A stretch of DNA of 27,934 nucleotides from a virus (taxonomy: Duplodnaviria; Caudoviricetes). The notes beneath the pieces were generated by a model, which was not told where the DNA came from, ran no database searches, and saw nothing but the letters and a program-made list of their open reading frames with translations. Shown one piece after another: positions 24,177-27,934 of the stretch. The stretch lies in the IMG/VR virus record IMGVR_UViG_3300033168_000009, positions 1-27,934 of that record; one strand, 5' to 3'. Position 1 is the stretch's first letter. The number at the start of each line of letters is the position of its first letter. Position numbers and translations under genes: made by a program.

Positions 24177-24475
24177 GTGAACCTAACCGATGGGACGATG
24201 AGTAGGCGGGGCGAGACACCCCTACGTAACCCAAGGGAGCAGAAATGACGATCTCGGAAGCCGCACGAGTTGGCATTACGAGAATCAGGATGCCTGGATG
24301 GGGCATACCCACCGACTACGTCGAGCTTTCCATCGCAGATGGCAGGCTCGGACCGTGGATGAAGTATTACAGAGAAATCAATGAGAAGCTGGGCCACAGA
24401 AACCCGTTGATCCTGTCTAGCCGCGGCGACAGTTCAGGTGACTGGGTGGAATACATCCCACCAGCCGGCTAGCCA
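24166..24475. repeat. 10-bp direct repeat CGGCTAGCCA flanking a 300-bp cassette
   Basis: Copies at 24166-24175 and 24466-24475. Confidence 0.75.
24245..24472 (+). CDS. Hypothetical protein, antisense moron-like gene (75 aa)
   Basis: AAGGGAG SD before the ATG. Visibly more AT-rich than its flanks. Its stop shares CTAG with the convergent gene. Confidence 0.78.
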   Translation: MTISEAARVGITRIRMPGWGIPTDYVELSIADGRLGPWMKYYREINEKLGHRNPLILSSRGDSSGDWVEYIPPAG

Positions 24476-24603
24476 TTGCACAGCCGCAGATGCAAGCGGA
24501 AGACGTGATGATCGAAGGCGCCGTCGTCGAGCCAGGCGTGGCGCAGGATGAGCTGCAAGTGGCAGTAGCCGCAGGTCACGAGAGCGACGTACGTCTTCTT
24601 CAC
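24469..24603 (-). CDS. 44-aa Cys/His micro-protein
   Basis: GTGA-coupled; MKKTYVALVTCGYCH...HHVFRLHLRLCNG*. Confidence 0.6.
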   Translation of the reverse strand: MKKTYVALVTCGYCHLQLILRHAWLDDGAFDHHVFRLHLRLCNG

Positions 24604-24782
24604 GGCAGCCGCATCCGCTGCGCTGAGAGGCGCATGTCGAGCAGCCGGTCGATCGTGAACCAGGCGCACTGCTCGGCCTCGGCCCGGCGAGTTCGGACCT
24701 TACGGGCCTGCACAAGGAAGCGTGCCTCGTCGGCCAGCCAGCGGTCGATGGTGGCAATCCCGAAGCGTTCGGTGGTGAGCAT
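24600..24782 (-). CDS. Small helical protein (IDR...IDRLLD.R motif)
   Basis: GAGGTGG SD before ATG 24782; 60 aa. Confidence 0.7.
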   Translation of the reverse strand: MLTTERFGIATIDRWLADEARFLVQARKVRTRRAEAEQCAWFTIDRLLDMRLSAQRMRLP

Positions 24783-24816
24783 GTGCCACCACCTCAAGCG
24801 ACGCACCGGCGCGGTT

Positions 24817-24996
24817 TCAGTGCGTGGCGTCGAACACGCCATGCGGGTCGGCCGATGCGCCTGGTACTCGGACGAACACCTCGCCGTGGATCATCTGCAT
24901 ATACAGAAGCCGAACGCGGCTGGCGTATTCAAGGCCGTAGTCGCGACCCAGCCAGTCTGGCATCTCAATGGCCGGATCGTCTTCGAGCTCGCTCAT
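24817..24996 (-). CDS. Hypothetical protein (59 aa), not in the ORF track
   Basis: GAGGA SD. Hand-translated MSELEDDPAIEMPDWLGRDYGLEYASRVRLLYMQMIHGEVFVRVPGASADPHGVFDATH*. Confidence 0.6.
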   Translation of the reverse strand: MSELEDDPAIEMPDWLGRDYGLEYASRVRLLYMQMIHGEVFVRVPGASADPHGVFDATH

Positions 24997-25020
24997 GGTC
25001 GCAATCCTCGCATCCGGGTG

Positions 25021-25113
25021 TTAGAGCGCGACGCCGAGCAGCTTGAGCAGGACGGCGACGACGACTAAGAACACCACGAGGGAGATGAGCAGGTACAGCG
25101 GGTCAGCTCGCAT
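25021..25113 (-). CDS. 30-aa single-pass membrane peptide
   Basis: GGAGG SD; MRADPLYLLISLVVFLVVVAVLLKLLGVAL*. Confidence 0.7.
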   Translation of the reverse strand: MRADPLYLLISLVVFLVVVAVLLKLLGVAL

Positions 25114-25306
25114 CAGATGCCTCCGTCGCCTTTCTGCGTTTCGCGTTGTGCGCCGCGTTGCCGTACAGACTGTCGAGGCCGGCCATCCGCACCGCGTAGT
25201 CGTGCCGGGCCCCGGCGTTGACCCGTTGGTAGGCCAGCCAGCTAGCGAGATGCAGCGTCTGCTCGTTCGGCACACGCCGCTTCGGCACATGCGTCGCCGT
25301 GTTCAT
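25103..25306 (-). CDS. Hypothetical basic protein (67 aa)
   Basis: GGAG SD and ATGA coupling; MNTATHVPKRR... Confidence 0.6.
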   Translation of the reverse strand: MNTATHVPKRRVPNEQTLHLASWLAYQRVNAGARHDYAVRMAGLDSLYGNAAHNAKRRKATEASDAS

Positions 25307-25389
25307 GCTGCGGCTCCGGTTCGCTGGGTGAACATCTCGAGCCAGCCTTCGACGGTCCACGGCAAGTCAGCGTGTCGGGGAGGGGTCAC
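25303..25389 (-). CDS. 28-aa micro-ORF
   Basis: GTGA overlap upstream and ATGA overlap downstream; MTPPRHADLPWTVEGWLEMFTQRTGAAA*. Confidence 0.55.
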   Translation of the reverse strand: MTPPRHADLPWTVEGWLEMFTQRTGAAA

Positions 25390-25592
25390 GCGCGCCGCTG
25401 AATCTCAGCGCGCTCAGATGCACACCAGTCGTCGGGCTCCAGCCCCCAGCAGTCGGCGTCCCATTCGGTTGCTTGCGTCGCCACTTTGTGTCGTTCGTCG
25501 AGGTGCCTGTCGACGTTGCCCATGTCGCCACGCGCAGCGGCTTCACTGATGCGGCGGTCGATCCGTTCGTACGCCTTGGCATGACCGGGCAC
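25386..25592 (-). CDS. Small helical protein (IDR...VDRHLDER motif)
   Basis: GAGGGGGAG SD before the GTG; 68 aa. Confidence 0.7.
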   Translation of the reverse strand: MPGHAKAYERIDRRISEAAARGDMGNVDRHLDERHKVATQATEWDADCWGLEPDDWCASERAEIQRRA

Positions 25593-25610
25593 GGCTCCCC
25601 CTCGCGCGTC

Positions 25611-25805
25611 CTAGTTCGGATCGGCCAGCGTCATGTCGTCGTGGCACGCCAGGTAGCCCTTGCGGTAGCCGCGGGCCTCAGCCAACGTGAGTGCCTTCAC
25701 CGGGGCGGTGCGGTACACCCAGCAGCCGATGCGGGTCAGCTCGTCGCGGGTGACGAACGTGAAGATGCAGATGTTCAGGAGGCGGGTCAGCAGGAGGCGG
25801 GTCAT
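25611..25805 (-). CDS. Hypothetical protein (64 aa)
   Basis: ATGA-coupled to the upstream gene; hydrophobic N-terminus and GYRKGY motif. Confidence 0.6.
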   Translation of the reverse strand: MTRLLLTRLLNICIFTFVTRDELTRIGCWVYRTAPVKALTLAEARGYRKGYLACHDDMTLADPN

Positions 25806-26209
25806 GCGGGCACGGCTCGCATCAGCCGGTCGAGGTAGCGCATCCGGCGCTCGTAGTCCTCGATGAGCTGCACCGCCTGCGCCATGGCGGTCTCATCGCA
25901 GACCTGCCTCAGCTGCGCCAGCCGGGCCTCGGCCTTGGCAACGTCGCGGACTAGCTGCTCGCGTTCCTGGGCGTTCCGGCGCCTGATCTGCTCGGGGTCA
26001 CGCTTGTTGTCCTTCGTCGCCAGCCCGATGCGTTGCCGCGCCGACTTGTAGACGTCTTTCACCTGATTGTCACTCAGATTCCCCGACGGGAACTTAATCT
26101 CCGCACCGGTGTCCTCGTGGATGTAGAAGCTGATTCCTTTGGTGTTCTTCCGGTCGTACACGAAGCCGATGGCTCCGAGTTCCCGGTCGAGTTTGGCTTG
26201 ACGGCTCAT
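25802..26209 (-). CDS. Protein with HicA-like N-terminal domain and C-terminal coiled coil
   Basis: L..IGF...R....G...YIH...GAEI.FP pattern (alpha-beta-beta-beta-alpha). ATGA-coupled start at 26209. Confidence 0.6.
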   Translation of the reverse strand: MSRQAKLDRELGAIGFVYDRKNTKGISFYIHEDTGAEIKFPSGNLSDNQVKDVYKSARQRIGLATKDNKRDPEQIRRRNAQEREQLVRDVAKAEARLAQLRQVCDETAMAQAVQLIEDYERRMRYLDRLMRAVPA

Positions 26210-26427
26210 GCGACGCGGGAGTAGCCGACGGCGCGGCGGCGGGTGTCGCGAGCGCAGCGCAGCACGTCGATCATCCGGTACAGCGGATGGTTCTGCTCGT
26301 CCAGCCCGGATGGCTTGAGGTGGCCGCGGGTGGCCCACTTGGAGATGGTGGACTTGCCGACCCCGATGTTCTCGGCGGCTTCGGTTGTGGTCACGAGTTC
26401 GTCGAGCGATTCGGGGACAAGGTTCAC
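26206..26427 (-). CDS. Helix-turn-helix DNA-binding protein (MerR/excisionase-like)
   Basis: LVTTTEAAENIGVGKSTISKWATRGHL...PLYR..DV. GGAGG lies 6 nt before GTG 26427. Confidence 0.88.
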   Translation of the reverse strand: MNLVPESLDELVTTTEAAENIGVGKSTISKWATRGHLKPSGLDEQNHPLYRMIDVLRCARDTRRRAVGYSRVA

Positions 26428-26448
26428 CAACAGCCTCCGGACATGACG

Positions 26449-26480
26449 AAGCCCCGCAGAAACAAGTCTCTGCGGGGCTC
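26449..26480 (-). terminator. 14-bp stem-loop in the leader of the late operon
   Basis: Minus strand GAGCCCCGCAGAGA-CUUG-UUUCUGCGGGGCUU with two G-U pairs; weak U-tract. Confidence 0.65.
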
Positions 26481-26507
26481 GTGTGGGCACACCTCTGGCG
26501 CTGACAT

Positions 26508-26538
26508 CAAGTAGACACTGTCACCTACAACGTGTCAA
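26508..26538 (-). promoter_or_regulatory. Putative late promoter
   Basis: Perfect TTGACA (26538-26533), 19-nt spacer, imperfect -10 TACTTG (26513-26508). Confidence 0.4.
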
Positions 26539-27208
26539 ACGATGTTGGTTCCGCCGCGTCGTCGTAGGCATCGATGACGCTGTCGAGGATGTGCCCGGCC
26601 AGCCATTCGTAGTGCACCTCGGTGATCGTCTTGCCGCAGGCTTCGCAGTCAATCTGCCCAACGCTGCGGACCAAAGCCGCCGTGTCGCACCACGGGCATG
26701 GGGTGGGGAGCCGCTGTACCCAACGGGTCAGGCCGAGGTGGCTGCGGACTTTCTGGTGCAGCTCGGACAATTCCATGGCGGTATCCGCCGCTGCCGGGTA
26801 GCTGCACAGCGCATCGAATTGGGCCGTGAGGTAGCGGTAACCGTGGGAGACGAGGATCGTCTCGCGAGCGTTTGGCCGGATACCCGGCGAGTGGTGCAGA
26901 TGGTCGCGGAGGCCGTCCTCAGTCCAGTTGAACGCCGATGCAATCTCGGCGCAGGTCATCGACGCCCACTCGGCGGGATGCCCGAACAGCTTTCGCTTCG
27001 GCGGCTCGTACACCCCGCCTCGCGTCACATCAGGTGTCGGCAGGCTGGATTTGAGGTTCACGTAATCGAGAGTCAGCCAGTACAGCACATGCCGGTAGCG
27101 GTGCCGGCAAGGGTCGCAGATGCCATCGCGGGTGAGCCGCGGGTTGCCGTCTGAATCCTGGCAGGTGGGGTAGCCGCACGGTGACACAGCCCCGTCGATC
27201 GCCATCAT
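26525..27208 (-). CDS. Double zinc-ribbon protein, candidate late-transcription regulator
   Basis: N-terminal CGYPTC...CDPC and C-terminal CPWC...CEAC. ATGA-coupled, and the last gene before the promoter/hairpin. Function inferred from position only. Confidence 0.75.
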   Translation of the reverse strand: MMAIDGAVSPCGYPTCQDSDGNPRLTRDGICDPCRHRYRHVLYWLTLDYVNLKSSLPTPDVTRGGVYEPPKRKLFGHPAEWASMTCAEIASAFNWTEDGLRDHLHHSPGIRPNARETILVSHGYRYLTAQFDALCSYPAAADTAMELSELHQKVRSHLGLTRWVQRLPTPCPWCDTAALVRSVGQIDCEACGKTITEVHYEWLAGHILDSVIDAYDDAAEPTSFDTL

Positions 27209-27414
27209 GTGTCCGTCCCACAATCCATGCACATGTCGTCGTAGGTCGGCCGATACTTATCGCACCAGGGGCAGAACCGGTCTTCGGGTTCGTCCATCTC
27301 CTCAAGCGCGGTCCTGACCTGATCGGCTCCGTACAGAACCTTGAGTCGCCACAAGGTTTCGGCGTCCATGTACGGCAGCGGGCGGCGCTCGCCGTACGGC
27401 AGCACCCGGGTCAT
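27205..27414 (-). CDS. Small zinc-ribbon protein (69 aa)
   Basis: CPWC...CMDC at the C-terminus; ATGA coupling at both ends. Confidence 0.65.
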   Translation of the reverse strand: MTRVLPYGERRPLPYMDAETLWRLKVLYGADQVRTALEEMDEPEDRFCPWCDKYRPTYDDMCMDCGTDT

Positions 27415-27470
27415 AGCGCTACCGCGAGCGCGCCGCATCGGTCATGGCCTTGCCCGGTGTCGGCGCTCAC
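27411..27470 (-). CDS. 19-aa bridging micro-ORF
   Basis: GTGA and ATGA overlaps at both ends; MSADTGQGHDRCGALAVAL*. Confidence 0.4.
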   Translation of the reverse strand: MSADTGQGHDRCGALAVAL

Positions 27471-27790
27471 GGCAGCCATCCGGGAACCTTGCTGACGTCG
27501 AGCATGAAGGTGCCCGCCTTTCCCACGTCGTACTCGATCCACGGGTCGGCCGCCCAGTCGAAGTCCTCGCCTGCGACTTGAGCGATCTCAGCAGCCTTGG
27601 CGGCGGTGAAGCCGAGACGTACGAGTTCGGCCAAAACGGCGAGGCGTCGGGCCTGTGCTCGGGTGACGTCCTTTCGGTAACCAGAACCGGCGGGAATCGC
27701 GTCGGCCCCGAGGAAGCCAGAGCTGCGCCAGTAGTCGGCTTGGCGATACGTCACCCCCATTTTGGAAAGTAGCGCGGGCATGCGGGTCAT
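27467..27790 (-). CDS. MerR-family HTH protein
   Basis: GVTYRQADYW...G.L.....AGSG.R is the actinobacterial MerR-like signature. ATGA-coupled start at 27790. Confidence 0.78.
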   Translation of the reverse strand: MTRMPALLSKMGVTYRQADYWRSSGFLGADAIPAGSGYRKDVTRAQARRLAVLAELVRLGFTAAKAAEIAQVAGEDFDWAADPWIEYDVGKAGTFMLDVSKVPGWLP

Positions 27791-27906
27791 GGCCCGAGCA
27801 CCACGCTGAGCGCGTCCTGCCAGCGCCACGCCGCCCAGCCGGCAGCCACAGCACCCGCAAAGCTGGCGATGACGACACGGCTGAGGACGTGGTAGGTGTG
27901 CCTCAC
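27787..27906 (-). CDS. 39-aa membrane peptide
   Basis: GAGGG SD and GTG start; MRHTYHVLSRVVIASFAGAVAAGWAAWRWQDALSVVLGP*. Confidence 0.55.
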   Translation of the reverse strand: MRHTYHVLSRVVIASFAGAVAAGWAAWRWQDALSVVLGP

Positions 27907-27934
27907 GACGCATCCCTCGGGGCGTCGTGGCGGA

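Larger units (their letters stand above)
1..27934 (-). mobile_element. Siphovirus-like actinophage/prophage: late-control region plus virion morphogenesis module
   Basis: Contiguous minus-strand order HNH-terS-terL-portal-scaffold-capsid-connectors-major tail-chaperones-tape measure-Dit-minor tails. Frequent ATGA/GTGA/TGATG overlaps and high GC. No host genes in the window, so free phage versus prophage cannot be decided. Confidence 0.97.

Noticed and set aside
27904-27929. Hairpin CACGACGC...GCGTCGTG covering the SD and start of the 39-aa ORF
   Set aside because: An 8-bp GC-rich stem at the window edge that could be chance; the context is truncated.
1-27934. Stop-codon reassignment suggested by frequent TAG/CTAG
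   Set aside because: Core genes are intact under the standard code, and TAGs fall at natural gene ends followed by new starts. No suppressor tRNA was seen.

Overview
The whole window is a high-GC tailed phage or prophage (siphovirus-like, most likely infecting an actinobacterium). Almost all genes are on the minus strand, so the genome reads right to left. It starts with late-control and small genes: a MerR-like HTH, a double zinc-ribbon protein, a putative late promoter plus hairpin, an HTH, a HicA-like protein and about ten translationally coupled micro-genes. Then come an HNH nuclease, an accessory block (two paralogous C2H2 zinc-finger genes, a small antisense operon and a 198-aa protamine-like repeat protein) and a putative cos region. 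The head genes follow: terS, terL, an antisense gene, portal, scaffold and a major capsid protein with an internal domain insertion. A five-gene putative neck/head-fibre module comes next (Zn-binding protein, two small beta-rich proteins, an SGNH hydrolase and a stalk of 25 x ~20-aa repeats). The tail genes close the window: Ig-fused head-tail adaptor, tail terminator, major tail, tail chaperones, a displaced HK97 gp10-like protein, tape measure (NlpC/P60 + SLT domains), Dit, two minor tail proteins and a coiled-coil membrane protein. I saw no tRNA, rRNA, CRISPR array, integrase or endolysin. The most notable observations are the enzyme-bearing fibre module between capsid and neck genes, the acid-free Arg/Ala/His repeat protein beside the packaging genes, and several small gene cassettes bounded by short direct repeats or a duplicated gene end. 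Removing one of these cassettes restores translational coupling. All product calls come from motifs, composition and synteny read by eye; no database search was run.
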